A DNA stretch of 62,771 bases, the filler included, from Choristocarpus tenellus KU-1152 (taxonomy: Eukaryota; Protista; Phaeophyceae): NCBI GenBank assembly GCA_964200185.2. It is 10 parts of 10 records of this genome, joined end to end, with 100 filler letters (N's around TTAATTAATTAA, not from the genome) between each part and the next. Parts side by side here need not be neighbours in the genome. Positions count along the whole stretch, not along the records: positions 1 to 2,801 come from CAXNAD020024637.1; positions 2,902 to 5,419 come from CAXNAD020027141.1; positions 5,520 to 12,456 come from CAXNAD020007017.1; 7 more parts are not named here. One strand, 5' to 3'. The notes beneath the pieces were generated by a model. That model did not search any database. It was not told the DNA's origin and saw nothing but the letters and a program-made list of their open reading frames with translations. Made by a program: the position numbers and the translations under genes. Positions 1 through 11,308 of this stretch are shown in pieces (position 1 is the first letter of the stretch; the number at the start of each line of letters is the position of its first letter).

Positions 1-390
1 TAACTCCTACATCAGCCAAAGGTGTTGGTGAAATAGGGCAATAATATTTCTCCACTGAAAAGGTCGAGTCAATTAAACAAGTGTGCACCATTTTCCACCA
101 TCACTGGAAAGATCGTAATGGCGTTTTCCATCATTCTTAAAACCTTCACAGCCATCCCCTAATGACTTAATACTCTGATCAAGATAATAGTCAAAAACAG
201 CAGCACCTCAATAATTCAAAGCTCCCCCTGGCCTGAATCGTATCTAAATAAGATGTAGACGATTGGTCAACTGTACGAGTACATACATCCCCTGCGCAGA
301 TTCAAAACTCCACACCAAGAAACACAACTTCAAATCCTCCTTTCGATATCGTAAACAGTGGGTAATGCATACAGAAAGGTGGGTGCTCAC

Positions 391-898
391 AGTGCCATGA
401 TAAAGCATGTCAACTTGCTTCATCTGCTTCTTCGTACGATTGCACAGGGTATCAATCAAAGCAGTATTATCTGTACCCAGTCCCTTCGTAGCCTTGCGGA
501 CGATCTCCACATCCCTCTTAGCCACGAAGAGCTGGAGGCGGGAAGGAGGGAAGGGTGGCGATGGGGCATTGAGATGGATCGTTTGTCCCTGGAAAGGACA
601 GCAAAGACTGAGACTGCTGCAAAGTTGAAAACCTGTCCATTTATCTACCACGCCAATCGGAGGAACAAATTATTCATTCATGATGGGAGATATTTCTGTA
701 TTCGCGTCGATCGCCTGTGACTTCAGTGGGAAGGAAAAACACCAGGTCTGAAGAACTAACTCGGTGGTAACATGCAGCAAAGGAACATTGGTTGCAACGC
801 ACTTTGAGGATATCGATCTCATCCTTTATTGCAGCGACAATCTCGGAGATGTTCTCAGCCGCATCCACATTTTCCGCGGTCAATTCCTGGTTACCCAT
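391..898 (-). CDS. Annexin, 5' part (exons 898-803 and 531-391); the gene continues in an intron off the left window edge
   Basis: Exon 2 reads LFVAKRDVEIVRKATKGLGTDNTALIDTLCNRTKKQMKQVDMLY, an annexin repeat with the K-G-x-G-T-D endonexin motif and R-T/S. Exon 1 starts MGNQEL at ATG 898. Splice sites AAA|GTGCGT, ctccag|CTC and ACT|GTGAGC are all phase 0. Confidence 0.85.
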
Positions 899-1677
899 CT
901 TCAAAGTCGACGTTGTTGCTAATGTTCAGTTTGCAACTCCTGCTCGGGAGACACAGACATTATTAGAATAGAGGCTACGCAAACGGTTGATGCATGTGAA
1001 GCTGCTAATGTACTATGCCTAGTGTTATGTCGCACTTTGAGAACGCTGATGTTTTACAGCTGTAGGCATTGATGTTATACTAATGCAAAGACAAATTGAT
1101 ATTCATGTTTACAAATATTGAAAAACTACGGGACAGGGTTGGAATCAGTAACGTGGAGGTTGTACTTCTCTAAGGATGGAGAACCAACTAAGTCAACCCG
1201 CTCTATATTGTTTCTTTGTTCCATCAATTCATAGGGGAGCCACTCTTACAGACATAGCATAAACACTGCAGAATGGATGGATGAACCCAACTTACTTTAA
1301 GTGCTATGGGGGCACTCTGGTGTGGTGCTTCGGGATGTTCTGTTTGGTGTAATGTGAGGGAGGGCAGAGTTCCAGGGGCCATACTTCACCTTTCTTTCTC
1401 AAAGCAGTTGTCTCATCATATTTTTTTTTGTTCAACAGTAATATTTTTATATTTCTTCTTAGAATCGATACACTATGTGTAACAGAAGTTTCCTTGGACT
1501 CTGTTCACACCTTCGAATAGTTGATATTTTTCTACCTTCCCCAGTTTGGTCGTAAGGAACTTCTCCACAACGTCCATTTACCCTACCAACCATATCAACT
1601 CATACTGCGACGACAATGAATACACATTAGTAGTAAGTAATATATGTTTTACTGTCTGTTTTCCTACAAACACACTA

Positions 1678-2801
1678 CAGTAGGTTACCCTATTCTTGGC
1701 CAAATATTATGAACCAAATCAATAAAAATCTTGTACCGCTTTTATTCGACATGCTCAAAGAAATAGGCTTTTATACCGGAAGTCTCTTATTCGGGCGATT
1801 TGGCACAACATCCCAGAGATATTCAAGCGAGTTTAGCAAAAATTTCTCGCAAAAAATGCCCTTCTTCCTGGGTCATGCTACCATACAGCAGTGCAGTACG
1901 TTGCTGGTAAGGGAATAAAGTGGAAGTCATGCCTTGTGCTGCGGGAAACCTCTGCAAGATGCCTTCAAACACACCGGGTTCGTCTTTCTACACAATCCAC
2001 AAGTGTCGTAAGTGCGTTGGGTACCTCCATGGTATATGTGGTGTAAGGGATCCCGAACTCGACGATGACTGCAAGCGTTTGTGTGAGGGGCAGTGCTTGG
2101 CACTGCAGCAAGTCGCGGGCGCTGACGGCAAAAGCGCATTCTTATCGGCTTCATCACTCAGCTCGCTGAATGGTAGCTTGTCTGATGCTGCAACTGGCAG
2201 CCGCGGGCAGAAATCTAGTGCCCCTTCCAGGAGGGGCCACGGATCAAAGTGGTCCAACTTGACGTTGAACACGAAGTCAGAAGTGCTTGACCACCTCAAG
2301 AACAAGTCGCTTTCATCGCAGAAAATTCAACATTACCGAAAGGACGGTGAGGAAAATCCGGGCTGAAGAAGAGAAAATCATGGAGCAACTCCATTCGAGA
2401 CCGGGGGCAGGGAAAGCAAAGTCTCTCAAAGGGTTCAAGTTTTTCAAGGTGCGTCTGCAGTACTTTCGTATCGTGTGCTTTTTAAGCGGTGCGACTGTGA
2501 TCTTTAAGTTTTTGGTCTTGATGTTGAATCGATGTATGGAGCAAACTGCTCTTTTCTAGTCTGCCGTGAAGAACAGTGTTGCAAACTCTCGCTGACATGC
2601 CCCATTGTCATCTCCATGTCACTTGTGAAAGGTCAATGAAAAAGCTCTCGCGCTTTTTGAAGAAGTGCGGACTGCAAAGCTTCCATCCAATCGAGCTACC
2701 CTCCAGACGCTAGGACGGAAGGCGAGAGATCAGCTCCTCATGAAATTCTGGCAGAGAACGCAAATGCTAGGGAAGCCGAGATGGGCTCGAGAACGAACCA
2801 G
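1678..2801 (+). mobile_element. pogo/Tigger (Tc1-mariner, CENP-B-like) DNA transposon, 5' part, frameshifted and cut by the contig end
   Basis: TA|CAGTAGGTTACC terminus at 1676-1690. HTH_psq-like LTLNTKSEVLDHLKN../FNITERTVRKIR with a frameshift near 2325. Intron 2449-2631. Then Tc5/CENP-B HTH-like VNEKALALFEEVRTAKLPSNRATLQTLGRK. Cys/His finger at the N-terminus. Confidence 0.7.
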
Positions 2802-2901
2802 NNNNNNNNNNNNNNNNNNNNNNNNNNNNNNNNNNNNNNNNNNNNTTAATTAATTAANNNNNNNNNNNNNNNNNNNNNNNNNNNNNNNNNNNNNNNNNNN
2901 N
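2802..2901. other. Artificial contig spacer N44-TTAATTAATTAA-N44; also at 5420-5519, 12457-12556, 15377-15476, 21360-21459, 25878-25977, 43160-43259, 54648-54747 and 58661-58760
   Basis: Identical 100-bp structure nine times; TTAATTAATTAA places stops in all six frames. Confidence 0.98.
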
Positions 2902-3447
2902 GTTTATCACCTTTATCCTCTTTGATGATTTTGGGGATACTTTAACACAAGTTACACCAATGGAGGGTACATCAGTAGAGGAAAGACTGGGGCGATGACT
3001 ATCAGTAGTACAATAGTGAACATTTGAGTCACCTTCTAAAATTCCCAAATCCTCAGACCTCAGTACATATGTGTGTTGTTATGTTGCCACACAATATTTT
3101 GTGGTCTTGGCATTCACAACCTCACTTTCATTCCTCCAGAAATTATCTGGTGTCCCAATCGATAGTCGAGGGTGCCTGGGAAGTGCTTAGCAGTCACGTT
3201 TGAGCGTCATGAAGTATTTAATGAACGATTTAACCTCGAACTCCCCCTACATTGGTTTAATGGAATTCTGCTTTGAAAAATTCAAGGGCGGTTAAATTCC
3301 TTCCTGCAAACATCTCTTCTTCTCTTTTTTATGAGTGTTAAACAATAACTCCACTGCATCACTAATGCCATCTTCTCCTTCCCCTGCAGCAGTGTTACAG
3401 GCAAATAGCGCGAGTATTTCTTCCCGCGCTCTAACAATCGCGAGCAT
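2902..3447 (-). pseudogene. Degenerate ORF resembling the N-terminal part of a PIF/Harbinger-type (DDE_Tnp_4) transposase
   Basis: One frame from ATG 3447 with four in-frame stops: ..KSFIKYFMTLKRDC*AL..LSIGTPD..HTYVLRSEDLGILEGDS. This resembles the Harbinger F..FRF.K.D..L...L..P...YP.R..DL...FGRS pattern. Recognised by eye only. Confidence 0.35.
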
Positions 3448-3757
3448 TATACATGTGTGGGGAACGTTATAAGGGGGAACTCCGATTTGCTAAAAGTTGC
3501 AGAGTAAGATCTGTAACCCTGGGTATGTATACAACGGTTTGCAGATGTATTTTAACATCTGAAAAATAATAAACAGGTGTATGATGTAAATACAAAAGTG
3601 TTTCATCACCACGTGATTCACTACTAATAAATTGATATAACCATTGACTGACACCAACTAGTTGCTATCGATCGAGAGAAATACCCTGATCTGCTGACCT
3701 GACGTGCATTGGACTTATCGACTGTCGGAGCATCTTTGGAGGCTTGTACGAACATCA

Positions 3758-3980
3758 GAGTGAAAGTATCTTAGAGGGTACGAGTATTGCCCTGTTTGTC
3801 CATTTGGAACTTTTCCGAAATATTTCGGAGTAGGTAAAATGTACACGTTATGAAAAGGTGTTCGGAACAAGGATATTGACACTTCCTAACACACACGATA
3901 GTCAAAATTACATCAAAATCGCAACATTGGATTTTGGTCCCCAAATGGACGCGGTTCTACCCTCTAAGATACGTTTCCTC
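3758..3980. mobile_element. MITE, subfamily A of the GRSYCAAAGTATCT TIR family
   Basis: TIRs GAGTGAAAGTATCTTAGAGGGTA / TACCCTCTAAGATACGTTTCCTC, flanked by ATCA on both sides. Internal sequence is shared with 11008-11308 and 5940-6048. Confidence 0.75.
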
Positions 3981-4736
3981 ATCAGCGACACCTATAGGCC
4001 TGTGGATCATTGGAGCTATATATCCTTTGGAGATAAACTTCTGAAGCGTGCTGTGACAGCACTACCTGTATCATGCTGAGAACAGAAAAACGACCAATCA
4101 CCTACTTTTTTGTGCTTCATTTCCCAGAGTTTTTTTTACAGCACTCGAGAGGAAGATCTTGTCTGCATTTGAGACCGAGACTGTGCCTGAACATTAGCTG
4201 ACTTTCCCGTCCTTGTCTTTTTTGTTGTGGTCGCACTTGCCGGCAATATCACTTCACTACCTGGTCCAGGTGCACCACAGGTCAAAGAATCCAAGTTGGT
4301 TATGTTGGTACTTTAGGAATGGAAAATGACTTCTTCTACCAACTGTTCCTAAGAAATATAACAAACAGGTGTCTTCACAAGAGTATGCACTGCCGCAAAG
4401 TATATGGAAGGAAGTGCTAACGTGATAGGCATGTATTTTTTTCTCTCCAAAAAATCTCCCAATAGCGAAACGATTTGGTTCCAACTAGAGCGGTGGGAGA
4501 GATACCATGTACAGGTAAAGAGATCTTCCCATCCAGACCTAGATTACTTCCTCTCACTAGGTGGATAAGAAGACTTTGAAAACAAAATCACATATCCACA
4601 AACCCGTACCAAGCACGACAAGGAAGCGTCACTCATGGTCAAAGGGTATTGTATGCATATCCTACCCTCCTCCTCGATCTCACCTTTCTTCCCCTCCGCC
4701 TTCTGTCTCTTGTGTCGTGGAGAAGCAGATGCCACT

Positions 4737-4909
4737 GGCTCAAAGTATCTGGGGGTGAGAGGTGGTGACTGTCTATTTGGGGTTAATTTTTTCATGTCAC
4801 GAATTTTGTGTGATTTGGTTGCATACGTCGGATGGATAATGTAAGTGCACATTTCCTAGTCATGGTCCAAATGTACACCCTGGTGTAGACCTCCCCCCCC
4901 CACAGATAC
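4737..4909 (-). mobile_element. MITE, subfamily B (~180 bp), one TIR eroded
   Basis: Reverse-complement homolog of 9480-9658; starts GGCTCAAAGTATCTGGGG. Confidence 0.75.
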
Positions 4910-5370
4910 AACAAGTGTTTGTTGAGAACAAATCCCTTTAGTCGCGTGGGTACCTGAAATCCGGCTGCTGCATCTTGGTTGACTGGGTACTGCTGGGGTC
5001 TGGAGGCTGCGGTTATAGTCACTTGTCATTGTTGGTGTTGACTCTCCAGGCAACCCAAATTTAACTGTGATGTGGGATTCAAAAACTGTGCCTGCAGTAG
5101 CCTTTTTCTCTTCACTTCACCTGTAGTGTCCCACAACAGAGATGGTTCAGGATGTTGATCTGTGGTGGGTATTTCCATGGGCTCGAGTTTGATGGGTATC
5201 ACCAAATCCTTAACAACCTCTCCTGATGCTGTCAGTGTCAATGTGTGACATAGACTGAGCCACAGAACCTCTCCCAGTCTCCACTCCAGACAAAGGAGAC
5301 ACGAATGATAACGGACATTCCCTTTCCCTTCTCCTCCTGCAGCCTTACCCTTACCTTTCCCCCTCCTTGT

Positions 5371-5419
5371 GGGTCAAAGTATCTTGGGGGGGGGAGGGTG
5401 GTTTGTGAGGGGGCGTCCG
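5371..5419 (+). mobile_element. MITE/TIR end, subfamily C, cut by the contig end
   Basis: GGGTCAAAGTATCT..GGTGGTTTGTGAGGGGGCGTCCG matches 62687-62726. Confidence 0.65.
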
Positions 5420-5544
5420 NNNNNNNNNNNNNNNNNNNNNNNNNNNNNNNNNNNNNNNNNNNNTTAATTAATTAANNNNNNNNNNNNNNNNNNNNNNNNN
5501 NNNNNNNNNNNNNNNNNNNCCCCCCCAGATACTTTGAGCCACAC

Positions 5545-6048
5545 CGATTTGCTATAAGTTGCAGAATAAGATTCGTTGCACATAGGTGACCTTATGGAAA
5601 TAATGCCGATTTCCTAGAAGTTACAGAAAAGATTTGTAATTTGAGTACGTATACCACAGCTTGTAGATGTCTTTCAACTTGTAGTCTGTAGAAATCGGGT
5701 GGATGACGCTAATATATATAGGAGCGCCTTGGGAGCCACCCAACGTACCTCTTTCACTATTTTTCTCAAATAAAACAGTCAAGCATTGAGCTAAGCACTG
5801 AGTGAAGCATCGAGAGAAGAGTGGCTGACACCCTCAAGTGGTTATCAACTGTGGAAATACCCCAGTGGCGTCGTTTGAAGGTCGTTGGATTGGAGCTACA
5901 CATCCTGTGGAGGTAAGTTCTGGAGCGTGTTGCCAACAGATATATGACATTTCCTAAAAAACACAATAGCCAATATTATATCAAAATCGCAACATTGGAC
6001 TTTGACCCCCAAACGGACACGACTCTACCCTCTAAGATACTTTGACTC
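5545..6048 (-). repeat. ~500-bp subterminal block of a TIR element, homologous to ~3482-3980 and ending in the family TIR
   Basis: Shared segments CCGATTTGCTA(A/T)AAGTTGCAGA.TAAGAT, CTGACACC..GAAATACCC and ATCAAAATCGCAACATTGGA..CTACCCTCTAAGATAC. A separate subfamily-B TIR end lies at 5520-5540. Confidence 0.6.
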
Positions 6049-8199
6049 ATAGACATCCCCAAACCCAAGGCCCATTTGAAAGATCTCGTCAACCACTACC
6101 CTCAGGACTAGGCGATCGACATGGGACTCTGTGTCACTGTCAACACAATTGTCTCAAAGCCAATGATATGAAAGGCGGTGGAGAGTACACCTAGCTCTGT
6201 CAAGTTTGCTAGTCTTATGCAAGCGTCCCGGTAACTTGTTGTGTTAGTCGGCATGACGAAATTAACCTGTACAGCAGCATCGAGAGAATTCTAGGAGTGT
6301 GTGTGTGTGTTTTGTGGTGGATTCTTAGCAAAATCGGCGTAGATTGGTTAACGTTTGAAAGATAGGTACATGCAGTGAAGACAAAATACAACTCCCACCA
6401 AGGACAGAAATCGACCACTTCAGTCAACAGAAGTACCAGCTTATTGGCAATGACATTTTCTAATAGTAGGCAGGCTTCAGGTATAGAGAACAAATAATTT
6501 ACTAGTATCAACAATAGGTATTCGACTTGTTTGTTGTCGTTGTCACGTCTACCTGATCAAATACAAATCTCTCTCTACTACATACAACACGCGTGCGCGC
6601 ACACACACACGCACATACATGCACGACTTCGAAGTGCGTATTGCTAAAATAGTTTGTTTGAACAGGCAGTGACCCAGACTGAGTAACGGATTGTAGGACA
6701 ATAGTTGTTCTCACGTGTATTCTCACCATCATATCAAGAACAGACCAAGAGGTGACACTAGACCAAACTACAACTCCTCCTGCTAGGAACCAGCTACTAC
6801 TATTAAAATATATGCTCTACACTTGAAGCTGAGGTTTTACTTGACATCACCTTCATTGTTTTTGTTGTAAAACTGTAGTAGTAGCAGTAGTAGTAGTAGT
6901 AGTGGTAGTAGTAATAGTGTTTGTAATACAAACAACAAATCAAGGTTAAGATACAACGACACGATCAGGCCCAGGAAAGAGGCTCGTTTCGTGCCAGACT
7001 GGAAAAATGTAGTAACATTTTGACTTCACCAAGAATCAGTCCTCCATAATACCTCCATATCAAAATAGAGCTAACTCTGGACTTTCTCCAGAAGGTATGG
7101 GTCTGTGATAAGCTACCTCCAAAGTCGGATGTTGTATTTTTTCATCATCTATCCTATGTTGAAGTAACTTTGCCGACAGTTCAGGGGTTCAAGTGTATTA
7201 CACTAAACATATTCGGCAGTATGATGCTGGCACGATCCAGCTGGGAGACCCTTCTGTGACCCTGTAAGGGGAAGTCTAGCCAGATGGACGTTCCTTCCCC
7301 CTGTTAAAAAAGTGTGAAAGAGTAGGGAGGGGTAGTGTGGAGTAAAAGAAGCGATAGACGTATAAGAGAAGATCAAAAGGAAGAAGAAGCAAAGAGAAGC
7401 AAAACAGGTTAATGAGGCATGGAACGATGTGAATGTGTGATGGACGTAAATTGTCATGGAATGGGTATAGAAGGATATTGGTAAATTGAGGTATACATTC
7501 GCCAAAGTTTCCGCTCGTTACAGTGGTTTGTGACTTCGTGGTATGATGGTTGGTACTCATCTCTCTTACGGGCGATATCCGAGTTCTAATCCCGATGATG
7601 TCGTATTATCCTTTCTTATACCTCGCTTCTTTTAGTCCAATTATTGGCGAAACCACACGCTCGCACACACTCCTTAAATCAAGTATTTCGGAACGAATGG
7701 ATGGGGGTGGGGGGGAAGGGCAGGGCATTTTGGGCCACTGATTGACTGATTGACTGATTGACTGATCGACTGATTGACTGATTGACTGATTATTGAAGCG
7801 CACATCTGTTTCCGTGAATGATCTTCAATAATAGCTTCGAGAGATATGCTTTTGAAAAAAACCCGAAGAAGAGATAATACAAAAACGACGCAGAAATACA
7901 TGAGAAATATCAGACAAAACGATACAAAACAGAAACAACGCCACCAGAGGAAGAAAATGTAAAACTCCATCGCCAAACCAAAACAGCAAGGAAAGAGAGA
8001 AAAGGGCCAGGTGTACCAAGCAATCGGCTCCAGTGTGCTTTCCATTCATTGTGAAGATGCTCATTGAGCTTGAAACTACACAATATTGGTATGTGTATAT
8101 CCACACATTATTCGCGACCATTCGCATTGAACACATTAGCAGAACTATGATTGGAGTTGGGTTTACACAATGATACCCTCCAAAGAGGGGAGAGCGTTG

Positions 8200-8600
8200 G
8201 AGATTGGGGCTGCGGACCCTTTTTCATCAATATACCAACATAGTCAGTGGGTATATATGCTGTACCCTCAATCAGTGCCTCGATTGATGCTGTTTTCTCA
8301 TCCACAGTTGGTCTATGCGTAGCCCTTACCACCGCATTGTATGTGTTGCCAGTGTCAGTGCCAAGGAGGTACCCTGGAGTAGTGGTTGTGCATTATGTCC
8401 TCGAAATGAAACTGCTCTGTAATCCAATGGTAGTCCGTGCATGGCCCTCGTCACTGCACGGGTCTGTCCTCTACGATGGATCACACCCTGCTTAATGCTA
8501 CCAATAGTACTAATCCTCTTTCTATGAACCGTCATCTGCTAATGAGGATGTTTGGCATCAGAAATATCGCTCCACCTCACTGTGCTCCACGTCATCCTTG
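8200..8600 (-). mobile_element. Highly decayed Ty1/copia RNase H remnant
   Basis: Frameshifted motifs ISDA..HRKRISTIG, KQGV, LALTLA and LRIDQLWMRKQHQSRH*LRVQHI resemble copia SDAD..RKS.SG, KQ and HID.R..W.RE.V....L.V.HV. Confidence 0.4.
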
Positions 8601-9479
8601 TTAGTTCACACCTTTGCATAGGTGGCGACAGCTGTGGGGAAAAGGAGGAATTGATAGGGGTGAATTAAAACACACCGCAAGGATAATGGTTAAAGGTGAC
8701 AAATGAAAAATGATGGTTTGAAAGCACTAGAACAGCATACGCAGGGATGGTCCTCTTGGCGCAAAATCACGATTGTTGTGTAAGATCTGAAACATCACGC
8801 ATTTGTACAAAATTGTATAAATGTCTTGCCTCTGACTCGTCCGAAGTCAGAATTTGTATTCAAAGCCAAATTACAGATTTTGGAAGAAGTGTTAAAAGGT
8901 GAACTTTTCTGTAGTTATAATATTTGTCATGTGCTTCGTTAGAGTCAGGTAGGTTTGTGTTGAGGGTACGAAAATATGTATTGTTGGGCGAAAGGATATC
9001 CAAATACAAAACGAAGTTAGAGGTGGTGAAGTGCTGATCTTTGCAAGGGCGGTCTGCTCCTGAGGAACATTTGGAGTCATTCCGCAGGGGCTCCTCTTCC
9101 CCTGGTGTAGGGTCTGTTAAGGTGAGCTCTGTCTTGGTCGGCTTTGAGTATCTTCGCCAAGAATGAGGTTCCTGGCATCCGTAGCTTGAGCTGCCTGATG
9201 TTAGTCGTCATCACAGCCCCAATTCCATTGGACAAGGACTTACCGTGGCAAGACGCAAAGGCATTGTGGATGACCTCGATCCTGAGCCATGCAAAGGCCT
9301 CAGAACCCACTGCATTTGCCGCTTGTTATTAAACTAGCTTCCATTGCCACCAGTACAGATGAGTAGCACCTAAAATTCCTGTCTGTAATCACGGGCCTTG
9401 GACTTGAAGTGCTTGTTGACGGGTTTCTCCAGCACGTGTTGCACAAAACCTGTTGTACTGGCTGGTGTTTTTGCTTAGA

Positions 9480-9658
9480 GACCCAAAGTATCTGGGAGGG
9501 GGGGGGGGTCTACAACAAGGTGTCCCTTTGGACCAAAATCAGGAAAAGTTCATTTACAGTATCCGTCTGATGTATGCAACCAAATCACCTAAAAATCGCG
9601 ACATGGAAAAATTGACCCCAAGTGGACAGCTGCCACCCCCTCTCAGATACTTTGAGCC
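9480..9658 (+). mobile_element. Complete MITE, subfamily B (179 bp)
   Basis: TIRs GACCCAAAGTATCTG / CAGATACTTTGAGCC with AGA on both flanks. Homologous to 4737-4909 and 15286-15376. Confidence 0.8.
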
Positions 9659-10176
9659 AGAATGAAGAAGCTATGTGTCCATGTCTGTCGCCGAGCCAGA
9701 CTTCCTCTCCTCTAGTCCTGCATTCACAGAAAAGCTGGAAACATTGCGGTCAGCAACAGATTGAAGAGAGTACTTGCAATTGCAGGCCTGCTAGGTGGTT
9801 GTGCTATGAAGCAGGAAGTTCCTACGGAAGTTCTTAAAGATGACTGTTACAAATGTGGGAATCCTCTCTGTGCGCGGGATTTGCCGTTACCAAATATATT
9901 CGACATAGATGTAGAAATTTTGTTGTGAAGAAGGGAGGGATGTGCACGGTGATGGTGTATATACATATTATATGGAGTACATGAACAGGAAAGAGGAGGA
10001 CTTTTTTTTTTCAAAATGGGAATGATGAAAGAGCGATAAAGGAATAAGAACGCTATTGAATTAAGGGAAAAAAGATTGTCACACCACTCTTTTCAGAATA
10101 TGTTTCACTTTCTTGTTTTGATTCTCAGCAAGAACTTGGCATGCTGCTACTTACGTTACTGTTGAGGTACGAGGAC

Positions 10177-10800
10177 TCACCTTGCACTTCTTTTTATGCT
10201 TTTTGGTAGTAGTCCTTGCTGCATTGTTGTCCATTTCCAGATTATTGTGCAGAAAGTTAGAGTTGATCTCCCCGGGCATACAGCTCGTGCAATGAAGTCA
10301 CTTGTCATCAGCTCATTGGCCCTGTGCTCAGCATACTTGTACTTCATCCTCTCGATTTTTCCCGCTTTGTGGGCCCCTGGCAAGCACGGAGGGGTAGCTG
10401 GCTGGAGAGAATATGCACAAAGCAGCATGATGTGGGCAATTGTTTGTGTGTAGTTGTATATGGAGGTTGGAAAAAGAATGCAAATCGGACTGTCAAATGA
10501 GTGCTGAGGGTTCATCGTGCCTCTATTTAAAGCGTAGAAAGAAGATTGAAATTTGTTTGTAACGTCACTCCCTGCATTCACCCTTGATCTTATTGTGCGA
10601 TACTCCTTCCAGCTCACTCTCCACGATGGGTGTATATGCGTTGGTGAACTCGTGCCAGGGTAATAGTCTGAGAGTTGACCCTGCGAGGACGATTCCAGAT
10701 GGTTGCACCTTTCACATGTCCTATTTACGCAAGAATTGGCATAACCTCCTTCTATATCTGAGTACTCTGTACCAACGGCGCATCAAGCCATGACCTCTTG
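10177..10800 (-). pseudogene. Possible decayed Sola2/3-like transposase fragment
   Basis: YANSCVNRTCERC...VSWKEY...KYKYAEH...MPGEI...KEVQ|gt, across frameshifts, resembles the C..G.C..C / V.W..Y / H / PG / EVQS series of Sola-type transposases. Recognised by eye only. Confidence 0.3.
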
Positions 10801-11007
10801 TACCTGGATGGAACATCGTAGAGTTTTTGTCGCACATACGTGAACACTTGATAAACTTTAGGAAGGAAGAAGGATCAAAGGGGAACAGGTGATCCTAAAG
10901 GGGAATGTTTTTTGGCGGTTGTCAACTCACAGGAGGAAGTTCATCATGTTGAAGGACCTAAACTTTTTTCTTGAAGACCTGATATGCCTTGTCATTCATC
11001 CCAATCT

Positions 11008-11308
11008 GAGCCAAAGTATTTAAGAGGGTAGGAATTTTGCCATCTTTGTCCTTTTGGGGCTTGGCTTCCCAAGTTTTTTTAATGACATTTTCGGAGTATT
11101 TTTTTTTCCCTGCTTCATGACGTTTCGGAGTAGGTAAAAGTGTATGTTTTGGAGTAGGTATGATGTATGAAACTACGAAAAGGTGTGTCCGGAACAAGGA
11201 TATTGACACTTCCTAACAAACACGACAGCAAAAATTGCATCGAAATTGCAACATTGACATTTAGAACCCAAACGGACGCGACTTCTACCCTTTAAAATGC
11301 TGTATCTC
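11008..11308. mobile_element. MITE, subfamily A (diverged)
   Basis: TIRs GAGCCAAAGTATTTAAGAGGGTA / TACCCTTTAAAATGCTGTATCTC. Internal TTCGGAGTAGGTAAAA..GGAACAAGGATATTGACACTTCCTAACA is shared with 3758-3980. Confidence 0.7.

Noticed and set aside
649-714. Extra annexin exon with an in-frame TAA (AIDANTEISPIMNE*FVPPIGV), suggesting readthrough or recoding
   Set aside because: Exon 1 can splice directly to exon 2 in phase 0, the donor is weak, and TAA is a normal stop in the oxygenase gene.
2846-2857. Recurrent TTAATTAATTAA between N runs as a biological motif
   Set aside because: It is a fixed 100-bp concatenation spacer, so adjacency across it carries no biological meaning.
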